NCBI GenBank assembly: GCA_046314755.1
Contig: JBKDBG010000105.1
Location: forward strand, 1-57,314
Reading direction: 5' to 3'
Source: Bacteroidota bacterium
GTDB taxonomy: Bacteria > Bacteroidota > Bacteroidia > UKL13-3
DNA length: 57,314 bases
Part shown: positions 1 through 10,681 of the stretch, piece after piece
Position numbering within the stretch: the stretch's first letter is position 1
Layout of the letters: the number at the start of each line of letters is the position of its first letter
Made by a program: the position numbers and the translations under genes
Notes under the pieces: model-generated
What the model was told of the DNA's origin: nothing
What the model saw: the letters and a program-made list of their open reading frames with translations, nothing else
The model's database searches: none

Positions 1-208
1 GCATAATGGGTGAAAAACGGGCAATAGCACCACTGCGCAAGTAATCACCATAACTGAAACCTCCCGGTAAAAATACTAAATCACAACCCTGTAAGTCGGT
101 GTCTTTGTGCCAAAGCTCAACGGTTTCGCAGCCAAACATATTTTTAAATGCAAATACTGCATCTTTATCGCAATTGGATCCGGGAAAAATAACAACGCCA
201 ACTTTCAT
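1..208 (-). CDS. purQ: Phosphoribosylformylglycinamidine synthase glutaminase subunit PurQ (5' part; runs off window start)
   Basis: Manual minus-strand translation from ATG at 208: [18 protein letters not shown]...[25 protein letters not shown]; FPGSNCD and [11 protein letters not shown] are PurQ signatures. Not in the ORF track. Confidence 0.95.
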   Translation of the reverse strand, partial: MKVGVVIFPGSNCDKDAVFAFKNMFGCETVELWHKDTDLQGCDLVFLPGGFSYGDYLRSGAIARFSPIM

Positions 209-238
209 GATGTGGAAGTGATTTTTAATTAACTGATG

Positions 239-246
239 CAAATGTA
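239..246 (-). promoter_or_regulatory. Bacteroidota -7 promoter box (TACATTTG) for purQ
   Basis: Exact TAnnTTTG match on the minus strand about 30 nt upstream of the purQ ATG. Confidence 0.6.
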
Positions 247-345
247 GTTGAATTGCCACGTGCACACAAATCAAAAAAGTGAAAAATATAGCGGCTTGGT
301 TTAAAAGCCTTACCCATCAAACATACGCAGCTCCAATAATTGTTT

Positions 346-353
346 TACCTTTG
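346..353 (+). promoter_or_regulatory. -7 promoter box (TACCTTTG)
   Basis: Exact TAnnTTTG, 4 nt before ATG at 358. Confidence 0.6.
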
Positions 354-357
354 GTGC

Positions 358-807
358 ATGATGAATTTATATGCCATTGAAACAGAACTAAATGGCAAGC
401 TAGAAACGTTGCTCACCTTGTTTGACGGACCAACTATGGCTGAATTGAAAAACAACAAAGCCATACTGGGCATGCTCAAGAATCCGCAAGATTCTATTGT
501 GCATCATAACATTAATTACAATCCGGAGTTTGTTGATTTGTTTCATAAAACCATGTTGTTTTTTGCTGAAATGGCCACGGGCAGTAACCCCATTACAACC
601 AATGGGTTTATGTATGTTATTGATGAGCGATGCACCAATCCTGAATCACCTGAGCAAAAGGATATCATAGGTTCGTTTGAAGTACGTGCCGGACAAGTAT
701 TAAAAGAAACCTATCAGCCCAATAAACATTATCAGTTTATTAGTGATGACGGCTTATTTAAATTGCCTTTACAAATTGAAAAAGTTTTATTTTTAGCTTT
801 GGTATAA
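358..807 (+). CDS. Hypothetical protein
   Basis: ORF 340..807; start moved to ATG 358 after the -7 box. Stop overlaps the next ATG (TAATG). No function recognised. Confidence 0.75.
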   Translation: MMNLYAIETELNGKLETLLTLFDGPTMAELKNNKAILGMLKNPQDSIVHHNINYNPEFVDLFHKTMLFFAEMATGSNPITTNGFMYVIDERCTNPESPEQKDIIGSFEVRAGQVLKETYQPNKHYQFISDDGLFKLPLQIEKVLFLALV

Positions 808-1772
808 TGGGTTTAATACATCTTTCTGATTTTGTTGATTTGTGGTTTAAACTGCAAGAACGTGGAACAGCGTACGCAGCTAAAAAATTTATCAGCACAC
901 CAAGCCAACGTATTCAAAGCACTTGGCAAACCGATGATTTACCCGGAAGCAATTGGTGGCAAGTAGAGGCGGTGCGAAAAAGATGGAACAAAAAAATTAC
1001 CGGCCATGAAGACCTGATTTACCCTGATTATGTAGTAAACAAATGGTTTAATGGTGCCGGTAGGCTAAAAATGTTAAGCATTGGATGCGGCACCGGACAA
1101 AGAGAAATGGAGTTTGCTAAACACGCTTGCTTTGAAAACATTTCGGCATTTGATATTGCTCCAAAAACCATTGCTGAAGCCCAACAAACCGCGTTGCAAA
1201 AAGGATTAACCAATTGCCAATTTTATGTGGGTGATGTGTATCAGGATTTATGGCCTAATGAAGGCTATGATGTGGTTTTGTTTCATTCTTCCTTACACCA
1301 CTTCAAACATATTGATGCGATTTTAGAAAAAGTGAAATCAACACTTAAACCTAACGGATTGCTAATTATTAATGAGTATGTGGGTGCTTCGCGTTTTCAG
1401 TTTACTGCCGAAAGAAAAAGGCAAGTAAATGATGTTTATAAAACGCTTGTTCCATTATCCTATAAAACACGCAAAAACAGCAAAGCCATAAAACACAATG
1501 TTTACTTTCCGGGGCTGCTCCGAATGATTTTATCCGACCCTTCGGAAGCTATTGAATCTGCCAAAATATTACCGTTGTTAAATCAACATTTTACGGTTTT
1601 AGAGCAAAAAAATTATGGGGGCAATTTGCTCACCTTTTTACTCAAAGATATTGCCCACCATTTTAACCATGCCGATGCACAAAGCCTGTTACAGCGCTTG
1701 TTTGAAATAGAAGACCAGTGGTTAGAACAATCACAACAAAGTGATTTTGTTTTTGCCGTTTATAAAAAATAG
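807..1772 (+). CDS. Class I SAM-dependent methyltransferase
   Basis: Motif I MLSIGCGTG, acidic residue in AFDIA, post-II YDVVLFHSSLHH, LKPNGLLIINE. Confidence 0.9.
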   Translation: MGLIHLSDFVDLWFKLQERGTAYAAKKFISTPSQRIQSTWQTDDLPGSNWWQVEAVRKRWNKKITGHEDLIYPDYVVNKWFNGAGRLKMLSIGCGTGQREMEFAKHACFENISAFDIAPKTIAEAQQTALQKGLTNCQFYVGDVYQDLWPNEGYDVVLFHSSLHHFKHIDAILEKVKSTLKPNGLLIINEYVGASRFQFTAERKRQVNDVYKTLVPLSYKTRKNSKAIKHNVYFPGLLRMILSDPSEAIESAKILPLLNQHFTVLEQKNYGGNLLTFLLKDIAHHFNHADAQSLLQRLFEIEDQWLEQSQQSDFVFAVYKK

Positions 1773-1775
1773 CAC

Positions 1776-4700
1776 TTATAATTTACCAGCTACCACACCA
1801 ACTGTTTTATAGGTTTTTACTTCACCTTTAAGGTTAAACACTTCAAAATAAATCACGTAAATTCCAATGGGGGCTTTTTGTCCATCGGCTGTAATGCCAT
1901 CCCACGTAAAGGTTCCTGATGTTCCGAGTATTTCGTTTTTTAACAGTTGTTTTATCGCTCTTCCTCCGGCATCATAAATCCATAAATTAGCGGTGTAGCC
2001 CGGCTCGCGCATGCTATAGTTTATATTCATTACATCATTATAGCCATCGCCATCCGGTGAAAAGGTTTGTGGTTGAAGTTGAATGGCTGTTTCGGCACGT
2101 TCGGTTTGTAAATATTGAGAGTTTTGATAGGTTGGCGTAGCATAACCAACGCTGCTTGCTGCGCTGGTCCAGTTTGTTCTATCGCTGGTGCTTCTGGTAA
2201 AATCAACGCGTTCTAAACTTACCCCATCTTTATCATCCAACAATTCAAAATGCATATCATCATCATACACAAAATCATCCAAAATTTTTCCGGCTGCATT
2301 CAGTAAAATGATTTCACCGGCATCATCACTCATGGTTGGTAATGTTGATTCGATAATATGTTCAGGATACTTGCAAAAATATTGTTGCTGTAAACTTGCT
2401 TTTGACTCGGTAATCACCACATAAGATTTGGGTTTAACCATAAATCCTTGCGCAGCAAATGCAACTAAGTTGTCTAGTTCATTATTATTATTTCTATTCG
2501 CCAATAACAAATTTTTTACATCAATCAGTTTGTTGCTGTTATTGTATAATTCAACAAAATCATAGGCTCCCGTTTTCGCATTAAACAACAATTCGTTAAG
2601 CACCAAATCTCCGCTATCTGCAGCCTCCGGCAAACCAAATTCAGCCGATCTGAAATTTTCAATTGGATTGTTTGCACAATCTTGAACACTATCAACCCGA
2701 ATTTCATAAAGGGTATTCTTGTTTAATTTTTGCGAAAGCAATAAACGCACACTTTTGTATTCATTCGCAACTCCCAAAATTTCATCAATGCCAATATCCG
2801 GTATGATTTGATATTGTAATTTATTTTTGGTAGAAGTTGAATCTAAGGCTTCATCAAAATACAATTGAATGGTGGAACTGTCAACGGTATAGGCACGCAG
2901 TAATTTTGGTGCAGTTTCATCTCTGTTCAATCCTCGAACGCTATTGGGTTTTGCCGGTGTGCCTCCTTTAACATTGGTGCATGCCTTCCAATTGTTTGCT
3001 CCACCACAAGGGTTTTGTACATCAACCATTTCTAAACTCCAACCTCCATTCTTTTTCACCCCATCTTTATACCAATCAGAAGCGTAAGTTACGGTATGTA
3101 TCACTTGTTTGTTGGGGTTGAATAAAGTTAATACATCTCCATCATTACCTAAGGAAGGAAAATTACCTACGCCAATCACCGATAATCCATTAAATCGGTT
3201 AAGTTGATTTGAAGCAGTAATAATCACAAATGAATCAGGTGCTAAAATATAATCAGGTAAAATACAGCTGCTCGTAGCATCAGCCAATTCCCAGTTTTTG
3301 AGTGAAATGATGTTTGAACTTCTATTGTATAATTCAATGTACTCAGCGTTGGGTAATCGTTGCGCGGGATCCGGGTCGGCCATAATTTCATGAATCACCA
3401 CATCAAATTGTTTTGCCTGATCAGGAATAATATAGGTGAAATTGGTTTGAATAGAAGTGTCATTCCCGCTGCAATCGGTAAGCGGATTGATTTGTAACGT
3501 ATAATTCGTTTTGTTTTGTAATGCACTTAATAGTTGCAGCACCAAAGTATCTCTTCCGTTAAATTGTTTTAAGCCAATACCAATGTTTGGATTTAAGGTA
3601 ATGTTTGTATTGTTTATTGTTGTGCTTGATAGATTTTCATTAAACACCAATTGAATAGAAAATTCATCTAAGGGAATAACACTTACTAATCCGGGTTTTT
3701 GTGTATCGGGTGTTTTACTCCAGTTGCTGTTTACTTGTCCGGGTGTGCCTCCGCTTGGGTGGTTTGATGCGGCATAAACACCAATTGATTTACAAATTTG
3801 TTTGGGGTTAATCAACTCAATACTCCAACCTCCGTCATCTTTATTGGCATCATTATACCAAGCTAAGGTGTAAGTAAAAGCATGTACCGTTACTCCTGAT
3901 TTATGTTGAATAATAATTTGGTCTGATGTGTTATTTAAGGAAGGCAAACTACTTACGGGAGCAACTCTTCCAAACGGTTCAAACAAAGCTAACTGTGATG
4001 CCGCGCAAACAATTACAAAACTATCGGGAGGTAAAATAACCGCAGGTAATGAAACCGGTGTGCCTCCATCACTTATTGTAAAATCGCCCAGGTTGATGGG
4101 TATATTGCTGTTGTTGTACAACTCCACAAACTCTTGTTCAGGCAAATCAATAACCGGAGTTGGGTCCGGAAAAAATTCGCTGATGAGTAAATCATAAACT
4201 TCCGGTTGGTAATAAAAAAGTGAGGTGGTGTAAATTTCCATCTCATTGCCCGAGGTGTCTAAAATTTGTTCAGCTGAAAAGGAGTAGTTTGTTTTGGGTG
4301 TGAAGGGTTGATTAAAAGTTAACGTTACAATTTTGTTGTTGCTTAACGTGACTGAATTAATGCCGCCTGAGTTGGGTGTTAATGCATAGTTTAAGGGTTG
4401 TTTTGCCGAGTTTTCATTAATGACCTCATTAAAATAAATCAGGAGTTGGTTATTGCCATTTATTACTACGCTGTCAATTCTTGGAGGTATGGTATCTTTT
4501 CGGGGTTTACCTGCAAACACATCATCTAAATAAAACGCTTGATTGTTTCCTGCTGTATATCTCATCCACCAACCCAAATAAGCGCTTGATGTAATGTTGT
4601 TATCGAAAGCACTTCCTTCTTCCACATAATTAAACCCTCCGCTGGTATCCGAAAGTAATTTCCAATTTCCTGCTGCATCACGGGTTACTTTAATACGCAC

Positions 4701-5150
4701 CGTGTTTGAGGTTTTACTTACCGTGCCAGGTCTGCCTGCTATGATTCGGGTTCTTACATTCCCGTTTTGTCGGTACAAGGTAATGCTGTCGGTATTGCCG
4801 GTAACCCCGCCCAATTGTACGTAATAACCATTTAACGAGCCGGTTAAATTGGCCATATCACTTACCAAATAAAAACGCGAAAAATTTTGTGTACTCGGAC
4901 TAAGGGTAAAGCGGGTTAAAAATGTCCATTCATTACTGTCGAGGTTACTGTGGGCTGTGGCTAAAAAGGCATCTTTGGCAACGGTGCCTTTTAGGCGCAA
5001 TTGTCCTGATTGGATTTGAAACAAGGAATCGTCACCTATCCAAGCGGGGTTTGTGGTAAAATTTCCATCATCAAAGAAATCAGTAACTTGTGCATGAATG
5101 CTACTGCCGGTTATGAGCAGAAGCAACGCCAAAAGCGTATTTCTCATCAT
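1776..5150 (-). CDS. Secreted lamin-tail-domain / Ig-like repeat protein with gliding-motility-associated (T9SS type B) C-terminal domain
   Basis: Signal peptide; three LTD-like units (ISEFFPDP..EFVELYN, IHEIMADP..EYIELYN, LNELLFN..DFVELYN) ending in GTPG/GTPA/ATPT; C-terminal FSPDGDGYND...WDG...GIYVI. Confidence 0.85.
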   Translation of the reverse strand: MMRNTLLALLLLITGSSIHAQVTDFFDDGNFTTNPAWIGDDSLFQIQSGQLRLKGTVAKDAFLATAHSNLDSNEWTFLTRFTLSPSTQNFSRFYLVSDMANLTGSLNGYYVQLGGVTGNTDSITLYRQNGNVRTRIIAGRPGTVSKTSNTVRIKVTRDAAGNWKLLSDTSGGFNYVEEGSAFDNNITSSAYLGWWMRYTAGNNQAFYLDDVFAGKPRKDTIPPRIDSVVINGNNQLLIYFNEVINENSAKQPLNYALTPNSGGINSVTLSNNKIVTLTFNQPFTPKTNYSFSAEQILDTSGNEMEIYTTSLFYYQPEVYDLLISEFFPDPTPVIDLPEQEFVELYNNSNIPINLGDFTISDGGTPVSLPAVILPPDSFVIVCAASQLALFEPFGRVAPVSSLPSLNNTSDQIIIQHKSGVTVHAFTYTLAWYNDANKDDGGWSIELINPKQICKSIGVYAASNHPSGGTPGQVNSNWSKTPDTQKPGLVSVIPLDEFSIQLVFNENLSSTTINNTNITLNPNIGIGLKQFNGRDTLVLQLLSALQNKTNYTLQINPLTDCSGNDTSIQTNFTYIIPDQAKQFDVVIHEIMADPDPAQRLPNAEYIELYNRSSNIISLKNWELADATSSCILPDYILAPDSFVIITASNQLNRFNGLSVIGVGNFPSLGNDGDVLTLFNPNKQVIHTVTYASDWYKDGVKKNGGWSLEMVDVQNPCGGANNWKACTNVKGGTPAKPNSVRGLNRDETAPKLLRAYTVDSSTIQLYFDEALDSTSTKNKLQYQIIPDIGIDEILGVANEYKSVRLLLSQKLNKNTLYEIRVDSVQDCANNPIENFRSAEFGLPEAADSGDLVLNELLFNAKTGAYDFVELYNNSNKLIDVKNLLLANRNNNNELDNLVAFAAQGFMVKPKSYVVITESKASLQQQYFCKYPEHIIESTLPTMSDDAGEIILLNAAGKILDDFVYDDDMHFELLDDKDGVSLERVDFTRSTSDRTNWTSAASSVGYATPTYQNSQYLQTERAETAIQLQPQTFSPDGDGYNDVMNINYSMREPGYTANLWIYDAGGRAIKQLLKNEILGTSGTFTWDGITADGQKAPIGIYVIYFEVFNLKGEVKTYKTVGVVAGKL

Positions 5151-5213
5151 AGTTTAAAAGTAGTACAAATTTAACAAACCAATATAACGGAATTATGATT
5201 TATTTTGAAACTT

Positions 5214-5579
5214 ATGGAAGCGGTGAAATTTGAGTTGGACGAAACCACCAAAATGAAGTGGTATAAAATTGTATTTCAAATCAAAAAACAATTTGGGAAA
5301 AAGCCTGATATGAATGGGCTGTTGTTTTTAATTGGTATGCGCGAGTTGGGTACTTCACGTAACTTAGGCAAGGAAGAAAAAATGGATTTATTTCATGTGG
5401 CTACCTGTAAGCTGTTAAGTTACGAAGGTTACTATAAGTTTGATTATACTGATCCCGAAGGATGGCCGCATTATACTTTGGTTCAAAAACCTCCGTTTAC
5501 TGATTTAATGAGTCAAGAAATGTTGTTGCGTAAATTGGTGGTAAAGTATTTTGATGAGTTTGATTTGTACGAAGATTAA
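5214..5579 (+). CDS. Conserved hypothetical protein (Bacteroidota)
   Basis: ORF 5205..5579, ATG at 5214; LFLIGMRELG...KEEKMDLFHVATCKLL...D.EGWPH pattern resembles a small Bacteroidota family. Confidence 0.75.
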   Translation: MEAVKFELDETTKMKWYKIVFQIKKQFGKKPDMNGLLFLIGMRELGTSRNLGKEEKMDLFHVATCKLLSYEGYYKFDYTDPEGWPHYTLVQKPPFTDLMSQEMLLRKLVVKYFDEFDLYED

Positions 5580-5588
5580 TAAGCATTT

Positions 5589-6413
5589 ATGAAGCGATTA
5601 AAAATAAATATTTGGTTGATGGCTGTGGTTGTTTTGGTTTGTGTGAGTGCACAATTATCACCTCCTAAAACCAAGCCTACTTATGTTGATATGATTACGC
5701 GTTTTGGAACGATGCGTGTTTTGCTATATGATGAAACCCCATTGCACAAAGCCAATTTTTTAAAGTTGGTACGTGAAGGTTTTTATGATAGTTTAACGTT
5801 TCATCGCACGATGAAAGATTACACCATACAAGGCGGTGATCCTAAAACTAAATTTGCAACCGAAGACAGTGTGGTGGGTGATGGGGATTTGGGTTACACC
5901 ATTCCGGCTGAATTTCGCCCGAACCTAATACATAAAAAAGGGGCATTGGCCGCTGCCAGGAATGTAAATGCCGATTTTGCTTCCAATGCCAGTCAGTTTT
6001 ACATTGTGAAAGGCCGTACCTTTGAACCCCAGGAATTAAAGCGAATTGAAAATTTGAGAAATCAAATGATAAAATCAAACATGTTATACGCCATAACTAA
6101 TGCCGATTCAACCAAAGCAAGAATGAATGATTTTACTTTGCGTGGCGACAAAGAAGGTTTGCGCAAATACCTGTCATCGTTTCAAACGTATGTTGATAGC
6201 ATGTACAATCTTCGCGGAGAATATAAATTTACCAAAGAACAAATTCTCACCTACACATCCATTGGAGGTATTCCTCAGTTGGATAGCGGATATACCGTGT
6301 TTGGTGAGGTAATTAGCGGGTTAAATATTATTGACTCTATCATCAATCAACCCACAACAAAATCAAACCGCCCTGTGAATGATATAAGAATGAAAATTAG
6401 AATAGTGAAATAA
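5589..6413 (+). CDS. Cyclophilin-type peptidyl-prolyl cis-trans isomerase (exported, with helical insertion)
   Basis: LYDETPLHKANF, FHR..KD..IQGGD, HKKGALAAAR, SQFYIV, LDSGYTVFGEV; N-terminal signal peptide. Confidence 0.92.
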   Translation: MKRLKINIWLMAVVVLVCVSAQLSPPKTKPTYVDMITRFGTMRVLLYDETPLHKANFLKLVREGFYDSLTFHRTMKDYTIQGGDPKTKFATEDSVVGDGDLGYTIPAEFRPNLIHKKGALAAARNVNADFASNASQFYIVKGRTFEPQELKRIENLRNQMIKSNMLYAITNADSTKARMNDFTLRGDKEGLRKYLSSFQTYVDSMYNLRGEYKFTKEQILTYTSIGGIPQLDSGYTVFGEVISGLNIIDSIINQPTTKSNRPVNDIRMKIRIVK

Positions 6414-6431
6414 ACAGGAGATTTGCCCCAC

Positions 6432-8960
6432 ATGAATAAGATTGTTTGTGTAATGCTTTTAGCATTTGCTTTTCCTTTTATGCTTAAGGCACAACAAACC
6501 GTGGTAAAAGGAAAAATAACCGAACGTGGTAAGAATGAACCCATGCCTTTTGTGAGCGTGGCGTTTAAAGGTACTACCATAGGAACCACTACCGATTTTG
6601 ATGGAAATTATGAATTAAAAACTACCCAGCCGGTTGATTCGGTTGTGTTTTCGTTTATTGGTTTCGTTACCCAAACCAAAAAAATAAAGCGTGGTGAAGT
6701 AAACGTGTTTGAAGTGAGAATGGAACCGGAGGCAAGAACCATGAAAGAGGCAGTTATTCGTCCGCGACAAAACCCTGCCATTCCCATTATGAACAAAGCT
6801 ATTGCCATGCGCAAGGCTAATAATTTTGCTAATCTTACCGCATACGAGTTTGATAGTTACAATAAAACAGATGTATCACTCAACAATATTTCCGATAAAT
6901 TAAAAAACAACAAACTGCTTAAGCCCTTAAAACCGTTGTTTGACACCACCAACCAAATGCGGAATGAAGATGGAAAATACATTGTTCCCATTTTTATCAG
7001 CGAAACCCAATCAAGGTATTTTTACCATGCCAATCCTGCAAAAAGCAAAGAAATAATTAAGGCGAATAACTTAATTGGTTTTGGTGTGAAAGAAGGAAGT
7101 TATGTGGTTGATTTATTAGGTTCATCACTGATTCAATTTAACTTTAACGACAACTGGATGCGCTTTTTGGCCAAAGATTTTATTTCGCCAATTGCTGCCA
7201 ATGCCCAAAACTATTACTTCTATACCCTGCGCGATTCGGTTGATATTGACGGATTGAAATGTTATGAAATAAAATTTGAGTTAAGGCGTCCATCTGATTT
7301 AGGTTTTAATGGAACCGTTTGGGTAGCCGACAGTTCTTTTGCCATCAGGCGAATTATTGCCGAAATATCATCAACAGCAAACCTAAATTTTATTGAGCGT
7401 TTAAAGTTGCAGCAAGAGCAATTGCCTACTTCGGCCGGCCCGTGGATTCCGGTAAAAACGCGTGTGATTGTAGAATTGGCCAGAGTAACAGATAACACTA
7501 CCGGATTTGTAGCCAAAATGTATAGGGCAAACAACAATGTGTTGGTGAACAAACTTAAGCCTGATGGTTTTTTTGATGTGGCCATTGAACGCGAAGCTTA
7601 TGATTTGGAAAAGGACAGTGCATTTTGGCAAAGTGTTCGTCCGGAGCAATTAACAGCGGTAGACCAACAAATGTATAACATGATTGATTCGGTGAAAAAT
7701 TTACCCGTGGTAAAAACCTACACCGAAGTTATTCGTGTAATTACAGAAGGATTTTATCAAACGGATAAAATTGAGTTTGGTCCGTATATTTATATCGCCA
7801 ACTACAATAAGGTTGAAGGCTTACGTTTACGTGCAGGTTTTCGCACTTCGCAAAAGTTTAGTCAAACCTGGTTTTACAATGGTTATTTGGCTTATGGTTT
7901 TGCTGATGATAAAATAAAATATGGTTTTGGTGTAGATTACATCATCAACCCTAAACGTTGGACAACCCTTGGTATGTCTTACAAAAATGATTACGATATT
8001 TTAGGTGTTACCGATCCTTCATCGTCACCCATTCAGGGTTTTGGCTCAGGTGGCGGGTATACCTTAGCTACCTTAAACATGGGTGCTGCCAACTCACGCA
8101 TCAATCAAACCATTGATTATCGCCTCACTTTTTTAAAACAAATTCATAGAGATTGGACAGTTAGGTTAACGGCACAAAACACCTATTTTAAACCTTTAGG
8201 CGATTTTTACTTTGCCTACAAATTGGATGAAACACAACCCGAAACAGCTTCTAACCTAAGCCACGATTTTAGTTACACGGCTGTTGGTGTTGATTTTAGG
8301 TTTGCCTACAAAGAAGTATTAATGCCAAGAGGAATTAGGCGTATGCGTGTAAAGCTGGCAACGGCACCGGTTACAACCATAAGTTACACACGCGGTATAC
8401 AAGGTGCAGCAGGTGGCGATTTTAGTTTTGATAAAATACAAATTAACTTCAACCAACATATTACAACGGGTGTTTTAGGCAATGCCGATTATAACATTAC
8501 AGCCGGAAAAATATATGGCCAATTGCCTTATCCAATGCTTGAAGTAATGCGTGGAAACAACACGGTTATTTATTCCGACAACAATTTTAGTTTAATGAAT
8601 TTGTATGAATTTGTTGCAGATGAATACATGCACTTTTGGTATGTGCAACATTTTGAAGGTTTGTTTTTCAACCGAATTCCGGTGGTAAAAAATTGGAAGC
8701 TGCGCAACTATGCTTTAATTAAAGGTGCTTACGGACATTTAACCAATGAAAACAAAGCGCTTATTCCTCAGCGCAACATTGGCGGAAAAGAGCTGCTTCC
8801 TATTTATGAATTTAAAAACGAACCTTATTTGGAAGTAGGCTACGGCATTGAAAACATTTTTAGGTTTGTAACCTTGGGAGCTGTTCATCGCCTTACCTAT
8901 TTAAACAATAAAGATGTACGCAGTTGGGGCATTAATGTTGGGTTGTTGTTTCAGTTTTAA
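6432..8960 (+). CDS. Outer-membrane protein, carboxypeptidase-regulatory-like N-terminal domain + DUF5686-type barrel
   Basis: Signal peptide; VKGKITE..EPMPFVSV..GTTTDFDGNY..FSFIGF; YNKVEGLRLR; PYLEVGYGIENIF; C-terminal Phe. Confidence 0.85.
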   Translation: MNKIVCVMLLAFAFPFMLKAQQTVVKGKITERGKNEPMPFVSVAFKGTTIGTTTDFDGNYELKTTQPVDSVVFSFIGFVTQTKKIKRGEVNVFEVRMEPEARTMKEAVIRPRQNPAIPIMNKAIAMRKANNFANLTAYEFDSYNKTDVSLNNISDKLKNNKLLKPLKPLFDTTNQMRNEDGKYIVPIFISETQSRYFYHANPAKSKEIIKANNLIGFGVKEGSYVVDLLGSSLIQFNFNDNWMRFLAKDFISPIAANAQNYYFYTLRDSVDIDGLKCYEIKFELRRPSDLGFNGTVWVADSSFAIRRIIAEISSTANLNFIERLKLQQEQLPTSAGPWIPVKTRVIVELARVTDNTTGFVAKMYRANNNVLVNKLKPDGFFDVAIEREAYDLEKDSAFWQSVRPEQLTAVDQQMYNMIDSVKNLPVVKTYTEVIRVITEGFYQTDKIEFGPYIYIANYNKVEGLRLRAGFRTSQKFSQTWFYNGYLAYGFADDKIKYGFGVDYIINPKRWTTLGMSYKNDYDILGVTDPSSSPIQGFGSGGGYTLATLNMGAANSRINQTIDYRLTFLKQIHRDWTVRLTAQNTYFKPLGDFYFAYKLDETQPETASNLSHDFSYTAVGVDFRFAYKEVLMPRGIRRMRVKLATAPVTTISYTRGIQGAAGGDFSFDKIQINFNQHITTGVLGNADYNITAGKIYGQLPYPMLEVMRGNNTVIYSDNNFSLMNLYEFVADEYMHFWYVQHFEGLFFNRIPVVKNWKLRNYALIKGAYGHLTNENKALIPQRNIGGKELLPIYEFKNEPYLEVGYGIENIFRFVTLGAVHRLTYLNNKDVRSWGINVGLLFQF

Positions 8961-8972
8961 TGATTCAGAAGT

Positions 8973-9377
8973 TTAATCTTCACTCATCATTGCTTTCCAA
9001 TAATCTTTACCGTACGATACAAAAATTTCACTTCCTGCTTTAATATTTCTGGTGGCAACAATATAGGGTTTACCTTTTATTACTTCATACTGTGCATTGT
9101 TGCGCAAACCGGTTACACGGCCGGGCCCCGCGGCATCATTGGCATAGCGGCCCAAAGCCCATAAACAATATTCGGCATCAACACAATTTTTATCATTAAT
9201 GTAAAAATAGTAGGCGCCTTTCTCTTTTCCTTTTTTGTTGGCATTTCTTTGTTGGCATTGTTTCCAGGTTAATTTTTCACCTTCATAGGGTGTAATAATT
9301 TCTCCCTTTTTTATATCCTTGGCAACAAACAATCCTTTTCCGGCTTTAGGCAACTGCGATTTTTTTACGTATAACAT
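8973..9377 (-). CDS. SET-domain protein (putative protein-lysine methyltransferase)
   Basis: AGKGLFVAKDIKKGEII, RYANDA, IVATRNIKAGSEIFVSYG..YW; start taken at ATG 9377. Confidence 0.88.
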   Translation of the reverse strand: MLYVKKSQLPKAGKGLFVAKDIKKGEIITPYEGEKLTWKQCQQRNANKKGKEKGAYYFYINDKNCVDAEYCLWALGRYANDAAGPGRVTGLRNNAQYEVIKGKPYIVATRNIKAGSEIFVSYGKDYWKAMMSED

Positions 9378-9512
9378 AAGCGCTGCAAATGTGCACAAAA
9401 GCAAATAAAGAAAAACAATTATTTTTTGGCGATAGAAATTTAGTTAGTCATCTCCTCAGATAAAACTCGACCCCTTAAATTTTTCAAGTTATTTTTGTTA
9501 TTGCCAATACAT

Positions 9513-10664
9513 CTATTTAAAAATGTAAATACCAATTTTGGTTTGGTTGCTTGGAAGTAGTATTGCTTTTTGATAGTCGTCATTTGAAACTACTTTAGTG
9601 GTATCAACAATCCAATCAATGTAATAAATTTTACCGCCATCACAGCGGGTTAATTTGCCAAATGGATTTATTGGTGTGTTTTCTTTTTGATATCTATGAT
9701 CTAAAGTTTTGTAGTTAAAAGTAAGCCGAATGGGTTCTGTTTTTAACAATTGGGTGAACGATGCATTAAAGTATAATTTTGAAAATAACAGTTTAGATTG
9801 GCCATTTTTTGTGAAATAGCCCATTATCAAAAGTGTGGTATCGTCAAGAAAAACCATTTTATCAATATGCGGAAACTGATCTATTTTGGTGATGAGGTTA
9901 TCATACTCTTCTTCCGTTCCCAAGGCACGATATTTTTGAGCTTGCGCGCAAACCTCATTGCCTAGTTTGGAGTCAAAAACAGACGAATCAAAATAGTTGA
10001 ATGTATGAATTACTTTTAAGGTAGAATCTAAAACATGGAAGTCATTCTTCAAGTTATCCGACTGCACGATAAATGTGCCTATACCATTACTTGCAACAAG
10101 CTTGTTTCTGAGATATACATTGTATGGGTCGCAAGGCACAAAATGATGATAGCTTTTTGATCCTTCTAAACTTTTAATATTAATCTTTGGATCTTTTTCC
10201 GGAAAACCGGTAAAATTAACGCCTAGTAATACGTCCTCTTTATTTTTTAGCTGATAAATATCTATGTATAATTGATTTTCCTGTCTGTACAAAATATTAG
10301 GTGAATTGGAAACTGATTTTGTTGTAAAATCAATATTAAAAGAATACAAATATTTGTTGGTTAATAGGTAAAACGAAGAGTCGTTGATTAATGAAACATC
10401 AAAAATAATTTCATTAATATTAATCGGTATACGTCCAAAATCTACATAAGTAATAACAGAATCTTCATTGGATAATTTATAATAATATAATTGAGTATTT
10501 AATATAAAAAGGAGGGTGTTGTTTTTAACGTGAAATTTATATTTACTGTTCAAACTACCCGATGGTAATTTAACAATGCCCATCAATTTTGGAGTATTTT
10601 GTGCATGCGCTTTCACATGTAAAGCACAAAGCAATATTATAATGAATAAATATTGTTTTATCAT
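9513..10664 (-). CDS. Hypothetical secreted protein (beta-rich, possibly beta-propeller)
   Basis: 383-aa ORF with signal peptide, visibly more AT-rich than flanks; short beta-strand-like segments (DSSFYLLT, DDTTLLI, GGKIYYI). Confidence 0.7.
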   Translation of the reverse strand: MIKQYLFIIILLCALHVKAHAQNTPKLMGIVKLPSGSLNSKYKFHVKNNTLLFILNTQLYYYKLSNEDSVITYVDFGRIPININEIIFDVSLINDSSFYLLTNKYLYSFNIDFTTKSVSNSPNILYRQENQLYIDIYQLKNKEDVLLGVNFTGFPEKDPKINIKSLEGSKSYHHFVPCDPYNVYLRNKLVASNGIGTFIVQSDNLKNDFHVLDSTLKVIHTFNYFDSSVFDSKLGNEVCAQAQKYRALGTEEEYDNLITKIDQFPHIDKMVFLDDTTLLIMGYFTKNGQSKLLFSKLYFNASFTQLLKTEPIRLTFNYKTLDHRYQKENTPINPFGKLTRCDGGKIYYIDWIVDTTKVVSNDDYQKAILLPSNQTKIGIYIFK

Positions 10665-10681
10665 AAAATAACTTTTAGTGA

